A stretch of DNA of 64,000 nt from Nitrospirota bacterium (GCA_963788195.1 CAWBGA010000017.1:816451-880450); one strand, 5' to 3'. Numbered from the stretch's first letter, positions 39,501 to 48,275 are shown. Program-made: numbers and translations. The notes: generated by a model not told the origin, from the letters alone.

Positions 39501-40394
39501 ATGTTAAAGAAGTTTAAAGGGATCGGGTTGCTAATCATTGCCAACCTATTGATCTCTATCACTTTGTATATCGTGTTCCTTGTGCTGACAACCGTGGTGT
39601 TGCCGGCATTTGGAGTCGATCTGCAAGGTTCTGTGAATGCCTCGATCATGGTCTATGCCCTGGTCCTCGGCTTCGGCGGGGCGTTCATTTCTCTGTTGTT
39701 CTCGAAGCAGATGGCCCGGGCCATGCTGAATTGCGTCCAAATTACGCAACCCACGACGCGGCAAGAGCAGCTGGTATTCCGTACCGTCCAGGAACTTGCC
39801 CAGCGGTTGCACATCCAAATGCCGGAAGTCTGGATTTATGAAGCGCCTGATCCGAATGCGTTTGCAACGGGACCTTCAAAGAACAACGCGATGGTGGCCG
39901 TTTCAACCGGTCTTTTGGGCAGCATGAATGAGGAGCAGGTGCGATCGATCCTCGCGCATGAAATGGGCCATGTGTGGAACGGCGATATGTTCACCATCAC
40001 GGTCCTCATGGGGCTCATGAACACCTTTGTCTACTTCGCCGCGCTCTGGGTGCGTCGGCTCTTCGAAGCACGGGACCAGGCGGGTCTCGGGTTCGTCGTT
40101 TCGATCGTCCTTCAAATCGCCCTCGGCATCCTGGCGATGATCGTCATTAACTGGTATTCGCGCAGGCGTGAATTCGAAGCGGACCGGTTCTCCGCAAAGG
40201 CGTATGGTCCGTCTCCAATGATCTCTGCGTTGCAGAGTATCAGTCGCTTTGCGGAAGAGGCCGAGAAGCAAAATGCCTTTACTGATCCGCTTGCGACCAT
40301 GAAGATCAACGGCAACACAGGAGGGTGGATGCGCGTGTTTGCCACGCATCCGCCGATTGAAGAGCGAATCGCCGCTTTGCAGCGCTTCGCGTAA
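39501..40394 (+). CDS. htpX: membrane zinc protease HtpX
   Basis: PNAFATG, AHEMGH, SRRREFEAD, THPPIEERI. Confidence 0.93.
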   Translation: MLKKFKGIGLLIIANLLISITLYIVFLVLTTVVLPAFGVDLQGSVNASIMVYALVLGFGGAFISLLFSKQMARAMLNCVQITQPTTRQEQLVFRTVQELAQRLHIQMPEVWIYEAPDPNAFATGPSKNNAMVAVSTGLLGSMNEEQVRSILAHEMGHVWNGDMFTITVLMGLMNTFVYFAALWVRRLFEARDQAGLGFVVSIVLQIALGILAMIVINWYSRRREFEADRFSAKAYGPSPMISALQSISRFAEEAEKQNAFTDPLATMKINGNTGGWMRVFATHPPIEERIAALQRFA

Positions 40395-40408
40395 GATCGT
40401 TATTCTTA

Positions 40409-40436
40409 AGGGGGACAGATTTAAATCTGTCCCCCT
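40409..40436. repeat. 28 bp perfect palindrome followed by a T tract (REP-like / terminator)
   Basis: AGGGGGACAGATTTAAATCTGTCCCCCT just after the htpX stop. Confidence 0.8.
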
Positions 40437-40441
40437 CTTTT

Positions 40442-41362
40442 TTGATAAGGATCTGTCCCTTTGTTTTTAATTTCTCGCCTTGGAGCTCCTTCCTGAACCT
40501 TTATCGTTTTCGCCATTGGCCTTTGCCCGGCATTGAAGTGGTCGGTGGCAAGGCACTCGCCTTGATGCGGCTGTTCCAAGGTGGATACCCCGTCCCCGAC
40601 GGTTTCGTCCTTGCCACCTCGTTTTTTAAACCATGGCTCACCCAGTTGGAAGAGACTCGCGCCTGGAAGGAATTCCTGTTTGGTGAACCGCAAAATCTTT
40701 CCGATGTCTGCGTGAAGCTGCAAGGCATCATTGCCGATTGTCGCTTGAGCGGGGCGCAGCAGGAACTTTTGACGCAGGAACTGAATCATTGGCAGAACGA
40801 CTGTTTGTTTGCAATCCGCTCGTCATCTCCGGAAGAAGACCTGGAGAACGCGTCTTTCGCCGGCGCCTATAAAACTGTCCTCGGGGTCAAGGCCGGTGAT
40901 GTTCAGTCGATTCTTCCCGCCGTTGTGGCGTCAAGTCTGGATTACCGAATCGTACTGTACAAACGCAACCGCGGGATGAATATCACATCGCCGCGACTGG
41001 CGGTGATCATTCAAAAGCAGATCCCGAGCGAAGTGTCGGGGATCGGGTTTTCTGTAAACCCGGTGAACTCAGACACGAGGCAGATGATCATCGAGTCGAC
41101 TCGGGGACTTGGCACAGCCATCGTCGAGGGCCGTATCACGCCGGATCATTTCGTCATAGATAAGGCAACAAGGAGCATTCTTGAGAGCCGATCCCCTAAC
41201 GGCACTCTGACGGAGGACCGGCTCCAAGCGCTTGTGTCGCTGATTCTCAAGATAGAGGCCGAAGCCCGGAAACCCATTGACATCGAATGGGCGATGAAGG
41301 ACGGAGAGATCTTCGTCCTCCAGGCCCGGCCCGTCACGGGGTTAGCAACAAATGCCAAGTAG
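40442..41362 (+). CDS. stand-alone PEP/pyruvate-binding (PPDK_N ATP-grasp) domain protein
   Basis: VGGKA, VPDGFV, AIRSSSPEEDL..ASFAG, DIEWA, LQARPVT; no His-swivel domain; start uncertain. Confidence 0.8.
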   Translation: MIRICPFVFNFSPWSSFLNLYRFRHWPLPGIEVVGGKALALMRLFQGGYPVPDGFVLATSFFKPWLTQLEETRAWKEFLFGEPQNLSDVCVKLQGIIADCRLSGAQQELLTQELNHWQNDCLFAIRSSSPEEDLENASFAGAYKTVLGVKAGDVQSILPAVVASSLDYRIVLYKRNRGMNITSPRLAVIIQKQIPSEVSGIGFSVNPVNSDTRQMIIESTRGLGTAIVEGRITPDHFVIDKATRSILESRSPNGTLTEDRLQALVSLILKIEAEARKPIDIEWAMKDGEIFVLQARPVTGLATNAK

Positions 41363-41428
41363 AATATTTACTTAATTGACCCGGAGAAGGTATAATTGCG
41401 ATCTGATTACTGCCCACTGGAGGTTCCT

Positions 41429-42484
41429 ATGCGCCGGATTGCTGTTCTGCTTTGCCTCGTTGTTTTGATTCCATCCTCGGCTTTGTCCGATAGCGGCGGT
41501 CACGGACACCATGCGACCGAAGCTTCAACCAAGGAAGCGACGAAAGTCACCCTCGACCAGGACGCCTTGACCCTGACATTCGGCCCGATTGATTTGCCGG
41601 CTGGTCATAGCGGCGAACTCGCATCCAGTTTGCCGATCCATTTCTTCAAAGCGCCGAAGGATATGGTGGTGACAGGCTATCGCTCGAGGATCTTCACAAA
41701 AGATGGAAGGGAGCTTCCCGGCCAGTACCTCCATCACATTTTGCTACAAAATCTTGAAGAGAAGAGCCTGTCGTGTCCCGGTGAGCCGACATATTTCGCG
41801 GGTGCCGGCATTGAGATCACCGATGCGAAATTTCCCGCCGGTTATGGGGTGCCGATCAAAAAAGGCAGCAAGCTGGTCGCCGTCATTGCGTTTTACCACA
41901 AGGTTCCGCCCACGAAGGACGCCATTGCGACGTTCACCATGGACCTTGCCCCTGAGGGCGCCGAGGTCAAGCCAGTTAAGGCCTACACCGTCGGCGTCAA
42001 TGTGGTCTGCTACAGCCAATTCAGCAAACGGCCTTCGAATCAAACCGACGAGGGCATCGAGCTCAAGGTAGGGCTGGTGCAGGTGGATTCCAAGCCTCTA
42101 AAATTCACTGTTGACGGGTGCGTGAAGTACGCATATCCCCATGGCCACGACGGGTTGCTTCTTATCGCCCTCGACAATAAGACGACGAATGAGACCCTTC
42201 TGCGGAGCGTTCCAGACGTGGATTCCAATGGAAACCTCCGCGGGTTTCTCCCGCACCAGGTCTACAGCGATACTCGAGGTTTTTCCGTGAACACCAAAGA
42301 TGAGTACGAAATGACCATGGTCTACCATCTGAACCGGCAGGAAAGCGTGGACCTTCACGGCATGGGGAATTATCTACTGTATGTAATGCCGGGAGCCTGC
42401 GAACATGTCTCGGCTGGGACACAGGGAAACGGATCAGCCAGCGCTTTTGGGGGTCAGAACACCGACCAACGCAGCATCGACTAA
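41429..42484 (+). CDS. exported copper type II monooxygenase-like (PHM-like) protein
   Basis: Signal peptide; YLHHILL, FYH, YPHGH, HGMG in PHM-like order; ATG after GGAGG. Confidence 0.55.
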   Translation: MRRIAVLLCLVVLIPSSALSDSGGHGHHATEASTKEATKVTLDQDALTLTFGPIDLPAGHSGELASSLPIHFFKAPKDMVVTGYRSRIFTKDGRELPGQYLHHILLQNLEEKSLSCPGEPTYFAGAGIEITDAKFPAGYGVPIKKGSKLVAVIAFYHKVPPTKDAIATFTMDLAPEGAEVKPVKAYTVGVNVVCYSQFSKRPSNQTDEGIELKVGLVQVDSKPLKFTVDGCVKYAYPHGHDGLLLIALDNKTTNETLLRSVPDVDSNGNLRGFLPHQVYSDTRGFSVNTKDEYEMTMVYHLNRQESVDLHGMGNYLLYVMPGACEHVSAGTQGNGSASAFGGQNTDQRSID

Positions 42485-42503
42485 GCCTTTCGGCGAATCC
42501 TAA

Positions 42504-43457
42504 CTACGGCAGCACAGTGACGTTGACGTATGCGGGGAAGCTCTCTGCCTCTTCTTTGTCCTTCACGATTAGGCGAAACCGCAACACCTGTGGGCGCATA
42601 ACCAGCGGCGCGATAAAGTACGGACGCAGGCTCAGTGGTTCGACAAGGTCGATGGGCATGCCTTTGACCTGCGACCAATAGTAATAGGGATTCTCTCCTT
42701 CGGGGTCCGCGCTCCCAATGGCATCCAGCCTCACCCGTGTGCCCTGCTTAACGCTCTGATCGGGGCCCGCGTCGGCCACAGGCGGACGGTTGTCGGGGTT
42801 CCTGACTTCCACGACCACGCGAATCCTGTCGGCCTTGTCTTGATTCCTGGCCGTGATTTCTGCGGTTCCTTCGCCTACCGCCTGAGCGCGTCCATCGGAG
42901 TTCACTCGAACAACGGATTCATTGCTGGACTGATAGATCGTGCCTGTGGCGGACGATGTGAGATCGCGGACAATGCGATCCGCATAGACACCGCGGACCG
43001 AAAGCATCTGCACTTCTCCGATCGTGTTGGTAAATCGGAGCGGCGACTGCGCCCGAAGAACAGTCAGCGGCGCCTCCGGCGTCACATTGATGCCGGTCTC
43101 ATCAAAAAGAACATAAAATCCACGCCGTTCCCTAATACGAGAAATGGCGAGAAGCCGATGAGGTCCCACCCCTTCCTGCGGCACCACCATTTCCGCTTCG
43201 AAAGGCGCGCTCTCCACGAGAGTTGAAGGCGGCGGTTCCACTTTGTCTTCGAGCGCGCGGTCTTCCTCGAGAAGGACATAGGTCACTTGGGAAACAGGCA
43301 TGCCCTGCAAAGTGTCGACTTTCATCTTCAGCAAGGCGCCCGGGCGGACCACGGCGCCTTTCTCCGGGGCGGTGATTTGGATGCCAGCCAATTCACCGAA
43401 GGCCGCGGGTATGACCAGGACTTGGAGAAGAAGCGCCCACAACCATCTGGATTGCAT
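42504..43457 (-). CDS. exported Ig-like (Big_2) / PKD domain protein
   Basis: YQSSNESVVRV..DG, NRPPVADAGPDQ; start MQSRW. Confidence 0.75.
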   Translation of the reverse strand: MQSRWLWALLLQVLVIPAAFGELAGIQITAPEKGAVVRPGALLKMKVDTLQGMPVSQVTYVLLEEDRALEDKVEPPPSTLVESAPFEAEMVVPQEGVGPHRLLAISRIRERRGFYVLFDETGINVTPEAPLTVLRAQSPLRFTNTIGEVQMLSVRGVYADRIVRDLTSSATGTIYQSSNESVVRVNSDGRAQAVGEGTAEITARNQDKADRIRVVVEVRNPDNRPPVADAGPDQSVKQGTRVRLDAIGSADPEGENPYYYWSQVKGMPIDLVEPLSLRPYFIAPLVMRPQVLRFRLIVKDKEEAESFPAYVNVTVLP

Positions 43458-43546
43458 AAAACAGCTCCTCGGCAATAATCCTTTACGTGAATGCGAGGGT
43501 ATTCTAGCATAGGGCTTTGTGAAGCAACCATTACCGGAGAAGACAT

Positions 43547-43849
43547 ATGTTCGTCTGGAGTAAACGACTGGCGGTTGGGGGGCTGATCCTGTTTGGCCTT
43601 TTTGAGGCTTTCTTGATTTTTCAGGTATCGTCGCAGGGAACAAGCACGTTGCCGCCCCGGACAATCCAGGACCTGCTGATCAAGTACGCGCTTCTTAACT
43701 ACGGCCTCCTGGCCGTGTGGGCCTTTATCTGGATGTTCGATCAAGCCCGCGTTCGTGGGGTCAACCTGTCACTCTGGGCCGTGCCGTTCTTGTTCGCACC
43801 CCTGCCGACATTATTGGTGTTTATTCTGGTCCTTCAGAGGCGACGGTAA
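43547..43849 (+). CDS. small membrane protein
   Basis: Three hydrophobic segments; GGAG SD. Confidence 0.65.
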   Translation: MFVWSKRLAVGGLILFGLFEAFLIFQVSSQGTSTLPPRTIQDLLIKYALLNYGLLAVWAFIWMFDQARVRGVNLSLWAVPFLFAPLPTLLVFILVLQRRR

Positions 43850-43875
43850 ACCGAACACATCGAAAGGGATACCGC

Positions 43876-44106
43876 ATGATCGAGTACAAAATCGGAGGGC
43901 CTCTGAAGCAATTCACCGCGCTCGAAAAAACGCGCGCGGTGGCGGAGTTCCTGTCCACCCGCATGGTACGCGCTCTTGAGAGCAACGATGCAGTGGAACT
44001 GCATTATCTGCTCGCCACTCTCGATGACTACCATGGCTATCTGTGGCGGTATTACCAGAACCTGGAAAAAACTCAGGCTCCGGTGCGTGAAGCCGCGTCG
44101 GACTGA
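43876..44106 (+). CDS. hypothetical protein (76 aa)
   Basis: ATG after AAAGGG SD; MIEYKIGGPLKQF... Confidence 0.55.
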   Translation: MIEYKIGGPLKQFTALEKTRAVAEFLSTRMVRALESNDAVELHYLLATLDDYHGYLWRYYQNLEKTQAPVREAASD

Positions 44107-44149
44107 ACATGGACAGCTTCATCCGCGCCATGACCAGACTTGGTTATGA

Positions 44150-44578
44150 CATTGACACCCGCCCACCAAACAAAGCTTGCTCGCCACTACACCCAGCCCA
44201 CCCCAGAACTCGCCAGGACGAGTTCGTCTCGCCCGTGGGCCTGATGATTATTTAAGGCCGCCGGGGTAGTTTCTGTCCCTGTATTTGTATTGCGCCCGCC
44301 ATTCCACCCCACATAACACCCACCACCCCGCGGCCGCCAAGACAGCCGCTTTTCCCGTGGCCCCGAGCTCGCCATTGCACCCAGCCCGCCCTGGAGTTTG
44401 CCAGGACAAACTCCTTTGCCCCTGACGAGCTCGTCCCTCCCGTGGCCTGGAGTCATCTCGACCCTTTGCAAGTGAAGGCAAGGGGTGCCCCGGCAGACTC
44501 CTTAGCCCATTTCACCCACCCACCCTGAAATCTGCCAAGACAGATTTCTTTGCCCCTGGACAGCCTCTTTTCCCAGGG
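44150..44578 (+). repeat. cluster of nested and tandem covarying-hairpin elements
   Basis: GAACTCG-CCAGGA-CGAGTTC (44206-44225), GCGGCCG-CCAAGA-CAGCCGC, GAGCTCG-CC[GGAGTTTG-CCAGGA-CAAACTCC]GA-CGAGCTC, GAAATCTG-CCAAGA-CAGATTTC (44527-44548). Confidence 0.92.
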
Positions 44579-44699
44579 AAGTTTGCTTAAAAAAACCATT
44601 ATAGGGTATACTACGGTCATGAACACGACACGTCCTGCCCTCAATAGCGCAGTCGTAACGGCCAGAGTAATAGCAGGGTACAGAGAAGATTACCCCGGC

Positions 44700-45260
44700 A
44701 TGATCATCGGCGAAACTATTCCCGATTACAGCCTGCAGGCCTTTCATGAGGAAGCCACCAAGCAGATTAATCTATCCGATTACCGGGGAAAGTGGCTGGT
44801 GTTGATCTTTTATCCGGGAGACTTCACATTTGTTTGTCCCACTGAACTTTACGAAGCAGCGGAGCTATATCCCGAGTTTCAAAAACTCCAGGCGGAAATT
44901 CTCAGCGTGAGCACCGATTCGGTGTTTGTCCATAAGGCCTGGCACGACACGTCCCCGTTGATCAAAAAGATTACCTATCCAATGGTCGCGGATCCCACTG
45001 GCCGTCTGTGCCGGGAATTCGGCGCGTACTTGGAAGATGAAGGAGTGGCGCTGAGAGGAAGTTTTCTTGTCGATCCCGACGGCGTGCTCAAAACCATGGA
45101 GATTCACGATAATAGCATCGGCAGGAGCATGCATGAGCTATTGAGGAAGCTCCAGGCGGCAACGTATGTACGTAACCATCAGGGTGAAGTATGCCCTGCA
45201 GGTTGGGCTCCGGGTGAAAAAACCCTCACCCCAAGCTTGGGCTTGGTTGGCAAGCTGTAG
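44700..45260 (+). CDS. ahpC: 2-Cys peroxiredoxin
   Basis: FYPGDFTFVCPTE, GEVCPAGW. Confidence 0.93.
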   Translation: MIIGETIPDYSLQAFHEEATKQINLSDYRGKWLVLIFYPGDFTFVCPTELYEAAELYPEFQKLQAEILSVSTDSVFVHKAWHDTSPLIKKITYPMVADPTGRLCREFGAYLEDEGVALRGSFLVDPDGVLKTMEIHDNSIGRSMHELLRKLQAATYVRNHQGEVCPAGWAPGEKTLTPSLGLVGKL

Positions 45261-45262
45261 AA

Positions 45263-45559
45263 TTACCCTCCCGCCGGTTTGTAGCTCACCACCACTGTCC
45301 TGGGGCCGATCTTTGCTTCTGTCTCCCCCCATTGGTAGACAAATTCCTGGGTACCGATATCTTCGGGGATGAGCACCTGCACCACCCACTTCGGTGAGGT
45401 CATGGTGATCACGCGCCCCTCCTGATGAATGTCGATCGGGCAGTTTGTTGGGGCAAGCACGGCCTTGACTTCCTGACGTTCTGAATACACCTCTCCGCTT
45501 ACGAAGCACACAGGTCCCGTCTCAGCCACCAAGAGCGCAGAGAGTATTAACTCTATCAT
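45263..45559 (-). CDS. hypothetical protein
   Basis: GGAG SD; hydrophobic N-terminus. Confidence 0.55.
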   Translation of the reverse strand: MIELILSALLVAETGPVCFVSGEVYSERQEVKAVLAPTNCPIDIHQEGRVITMTSPKWVVQVLIPEDIGTQEFVYQWGETEAKIGPRTVVVSYKPAGG

Positions 45560-45705
45560 TCTTTTTTCTCTCCGGATCGTTTACCAGCAGGTTGGATCTT
45601 ACTAGCAGGTAGAAGCATTTCGCTCAAGAGACATTTTACCCCGGCAATTGGAAGAAACGTCTAACCCACCATGAGAGGAATAAAAGCTGCGGGGGAAAAC
45701 TGTCT

Positions 45706-46311
45706 TTAGCGCGAGACCAGCGGCGAACTAGACAAAGAATGGGGGGATTCCGAAAAAGTTCTTTCAATTATCGCTGCCTTATAGCCTTTGTTCTCCATGC
45801 ATTCGGTGGTGCTGTTTGAAGCCTTGAACTGCTGTTCGGTACAGTTGATATAGTCCTGTCGCACCGTAGCTTCGGACTGACCATCCCGGATGTACACATA
45901 ATCTGGAGTGCAGGCTGCAAAAAGGCCGACCATCAAAGTGATGCAGCCAACCAGAAGAAGACCCCCTGTGAGAGACCCGCGGCCTTCCAGCATGGATACA
46001 TGTTTCAGGGCGCTTTCCGGTCGCCAAGTCAATTCTCCAAAGACTTGTTGATGGGTCATTATCGTTGGTCCATTGAGTATAACGCCTAACTGACGCCATC
46101 CCGAAGGAGTGGCTGCGATATTTTCAACAAGTCTCAAGCCCATGACGTGTTCGATGTATTGAGCGATCATCCGGCCAAAGGTAGGGTCTGTTTCGCTCTT
46201 AACAAGAATCATCAATCCAGCCTGTTGAGGATCGAGTCTTATGACAGCGCCCAGGTGAACTGCATACTGCTCCAGTAGGTCCATTGCAGGACTACTCTGA
46301 TCTCGGCTCAT
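45706..46311 (-). CDS. hypothetical protein with an internal lipoprotein-like C-terminal module
   Basis: GGAG SD; internal TM plus LFAAC; DYINC...CMENKGY. Confidence 0.55.
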   Translation of the reverse strand: MSRDQSSPAMDLLEQYAVHLGAVIRLDPQQAGLMILVKSETDPTFGRMIAQYIEHVMGLRLVENIAATPSGWRQLGVILNGPTIMTHQQVFGELTWRPESALKHVSMLEGRGSLTGGLLLVGCITLMVGLFAACTPDYVYIRDGQSEATVRQDYINCTEQQFKASNSTTECMENKGYKAAIIERTFSESPHSLSSSPLVSR

Positions 46312-46352
46312 TCGTTACTCCGGTCGTCCAAGGGGCAATCGAGTACTCCAGG

Positions 46353-46407
46353 CCATGGGAGAAGGACACGTCCCAACCCAACGCGTCCAGGGACGGGTGG
46401 GTGTCAT
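46353..46407 (-). repeat. covarying-hairpin element with enlarged loop
   Basis: Minus strand ATGACACCCACCCGTCCCT-GGACGCG-TTGGGTTGGGA-CGTGTCC-TTCTCCCATGG. Confidence 0.75.
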
Positions 46408-46447
46408 GGCGGTGCAATAAAGGACCAGCCTGCCGGGGGTTATGAAA

Positions 46448-46463
46448 AGCAATGGATATGCCA
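46448..46463 (-). promoter_or_regulatory. sigma-54 -24/-12 promoter
   Basis: Minus strand TGGCAT-ATCCA-TTGCT, matching TGGCA-N6-TTGC. Confidence 0.65.
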
Positions 46464-46636
46464 GGGATGCCGCCCCGCGCAACACGAGTATATCCAGTAA
46501 CTTAGGTAATTCCAGGGAAGAGCGGTCGGCGATAAACTGCCAATGTTATAAGGATGTGCGGCGTCTTTTTGACAAAAGCGGACAAAGGCCTGACTGGGGT
46601 AGGGTCCAAGGTTGGATAGGGGAAGAGAGAAACGGG

Positions 46637-46828
46637 TTAGAAAAGAGGGGGTTGGGGTCCTGGGACCATACCAGCCAAATCCGGATCTTCTCCATCCCTT
46701 CTTGGAGGAGGGACCGCCGCTTTCTCAGCTTTGCGCTGCGAGCGCCGTTCCTCTTTTTCTTTCTGCTTTGCTTGCTTGGCTCGCTCGCGATCGCGCTTCG
46801 CGAGCGTGGCTTTTCCTGGTCTGGGAAT
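46637..46828 (-). CDS. small basic protein (63 aa) with apparent ATT start, missed by the ORF track
   Basis: (I)PRPGKATLAKRDRERAKQAKQKEKEERRSQRKAEKAAVPPPRRDGEDPDLAGMVPGPQPPLF; AGGGGG SD 6 nt upstream. Confidence 0.65.
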   Translation of the reverse strand: MPRPGKATLAKRDRERAKQAKQKEKEERRSQRKAEKAAVPPPRRDGEDPDLAGMVPGPQPPLF

Positions 46829-46852
46829 CCGAGGCCCCCTTTTGTCGACGGT

Positions 46853-46892
46853 GAATGTCGGGCAGGGAAAAAATATTCCCTGCCCGACATTC
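46853..46892. terminator. 17 bp perfect stem-loop downstream of the RRM gene
   Basis: GAATGTCGGGCAGGGAA-AAAATA-TTCCCTGCCCGACATTC. Confidence 0.6.
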
Positions 46893-46908
46893 TTATTCTA
46901 GCACAAAA

Positions 46909-47214
46909 CTACCAGCGCGCGCCGCTGCCGCCTCGGTCATTCATTCCTCCGCCGCCAGTTCGCTTCTCCTGGGGACGGGCTTCATTAACGGTAATCGTGC
47001 GACCACCCATTTGGGTGCCGTTAAGTGAGGTAATTGCCTTCTGGGCTTCTTCGGAAGTCGCCATCTCGACAAATCCGAAACCCCGAGCCTGGCCGGTCAC
47101 GCGGTCAGTGATAACCTTCGCAGAGGTGACTGCACCCTGCTGGGAAAACAGCTCTTGCAGCTGTTGCTCTGTGACCGAATACGGCAGCCCGCCCACATAT
47201 AACTTGATACTCAT
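46909..47214 (-). CDS. RRM (RNP-1) RNA-binding protein with Gly-rich tail
   Basis: KLYVGGL (RNP2), RGFGFVEM (RNP1), ITVNEARP. Confidence 0.95.
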   Translation of the reverse strand: MSIKLYVGGLPYSVTEQQLQELFSQQGAVTSAKVITDRVTGQARGFGFVEMATSEEAQKAITSLNGTQMGGRTITVNEARPQEKRTGGGGMNDRGGSGARW

Positions 47215-47477
47215 CCGCGCTTCTCCTTGGTGATCGCGACGCTATCTTGTAAGTAAGGAATGAAATGGCTCAGGTGAGCACCGAAGGCGACAGCGAGGAA
47301 ACGTCTTCAGAGCAGGCTTTACCGATTAGATCCCTACCGCAAGGCACAATCGCTGGGTCTTTCTTCGTAGCGCTTCATTGCCAGACCCTTCAACAATGAA
47401 CCGCAACCTCACCCTAGCACACGGGGCGGATAGAGGCAAGCCCTATCACGAGGGGCGGTTATGACCCTATGAACGGG

Positions 47478-47507
47478 TTGACGTCGTGCAGTCGCAGCGA
47501 CTATAAT
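47478..47507 (+). promoter_or_regulatory. sigma-70 promoter
   Basis: TTGACG-N18-TATAAT. Confidence 0.55.
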
Positions 47508-47693
47508 CTGGCTTCATTAGCCGTTTGCGACGTCCGAAGCTGGCGTCTTGTTTGCACTTCATAGCGGATTTTCCAGCCACGGCTCAACTATCGGCGAAAG
47601 GACTGTGCCATTCAAGCTGCGAACCAACTCGAAGTAAACCGCCGCGAACAGGTATTTCTCCAACTGGAGCGCACCCTGCGGGCGATTGACACG

Positions 47694-48275
47694 TTGCCCG
47701 CGGAGCAGCGGATGCTGCGGCTGAGGGAGCTTGCCGCGGGCGATCGTCTCACTGCGCCGCCTCCCCCTCCCGAGTCTGCGAAGTCATCAGAACGCGCCTC
47801 CCAAAAAGAGACGGAACAGCGCCGGATCAGACAATTGAAGCGCTTATGCCAGCGATTTTTGTTGTCCCGACACACCTCGCGGTCCCTGCTGCTTTTCGTG
47901 GAAGAACTATTGGCGAAGCGGTCCCGAAGCGTATTGCGCCTGGCGGCTCCAACAAAGCGCTTGAGCCCGCTGCAGGAGATCATCTGGAATATCTCGCCTT
48001 TTTTTCGGCATAGCGTCCGCACCGATGCCCGGCGCACCGGCCATATCGCATGGGAAGACGTCGTGCAGTTTTTGGTGATTGCACAGGAGTCGGAGCGTTT
48101 GACGCTCAAAAAGAAGGTCTCGGCTCGGGTCGTCACTCCATCCAACCGCTTTAAAAACGAAGCTGACCGGCTACGAAGGATTTACCAACACATACAGGAC
48201 CAGGCCCCACAGACTCCCTATGCCCGGAAGATTGCCAGCCTTCTCTCGCGTCATAGCGGTCCCGGCCTGACATAA
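47694..48275 (+). CDS. basic hypothetical protein (true start probably upstream)
   Basis: Frame open from 47565; lies downstream of the sigma-70 promoter. Confidence 0.5.
   Translation: MPAEQRMLRLRELAAGDRLTAPPPPPESAKSSERASQKETEQRRIRQLKRLCQRFLLSRHTSRSLLLFVEELLAKRSRSVLRLAAPTKRLSPLQEIIWNISPFFRHSVRTDARRTGHIAWEDVVQFLVIAQESERLTLKKKVSARVVTPSNRFKNEADRLRRIYQHIQDQAPQTPYARKIASLLSRHSGPGLT

Noticed and set aside
44150..44578. CRISPR array interpretation of the repeat clusters (also 26130-26517 and 36278-36546)
   Set aside because: Repeats are not identical, spacing is irregular or nested, there are no unique equal-length spacers and no cas genes.
44550..44699. N-terminal extension of AhpC
   Set aside because: It begins inside the repeat cluster; normal AhpC length fits the ATG at 44700.
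46442..47233. 263 aa plus-strand ORF and 114 aa minus-strand ORF 46546..46890
   Set aside because: Antisense to the RRM gene or an alternative frame of the 63 aa small protein; no recognisable motifs.
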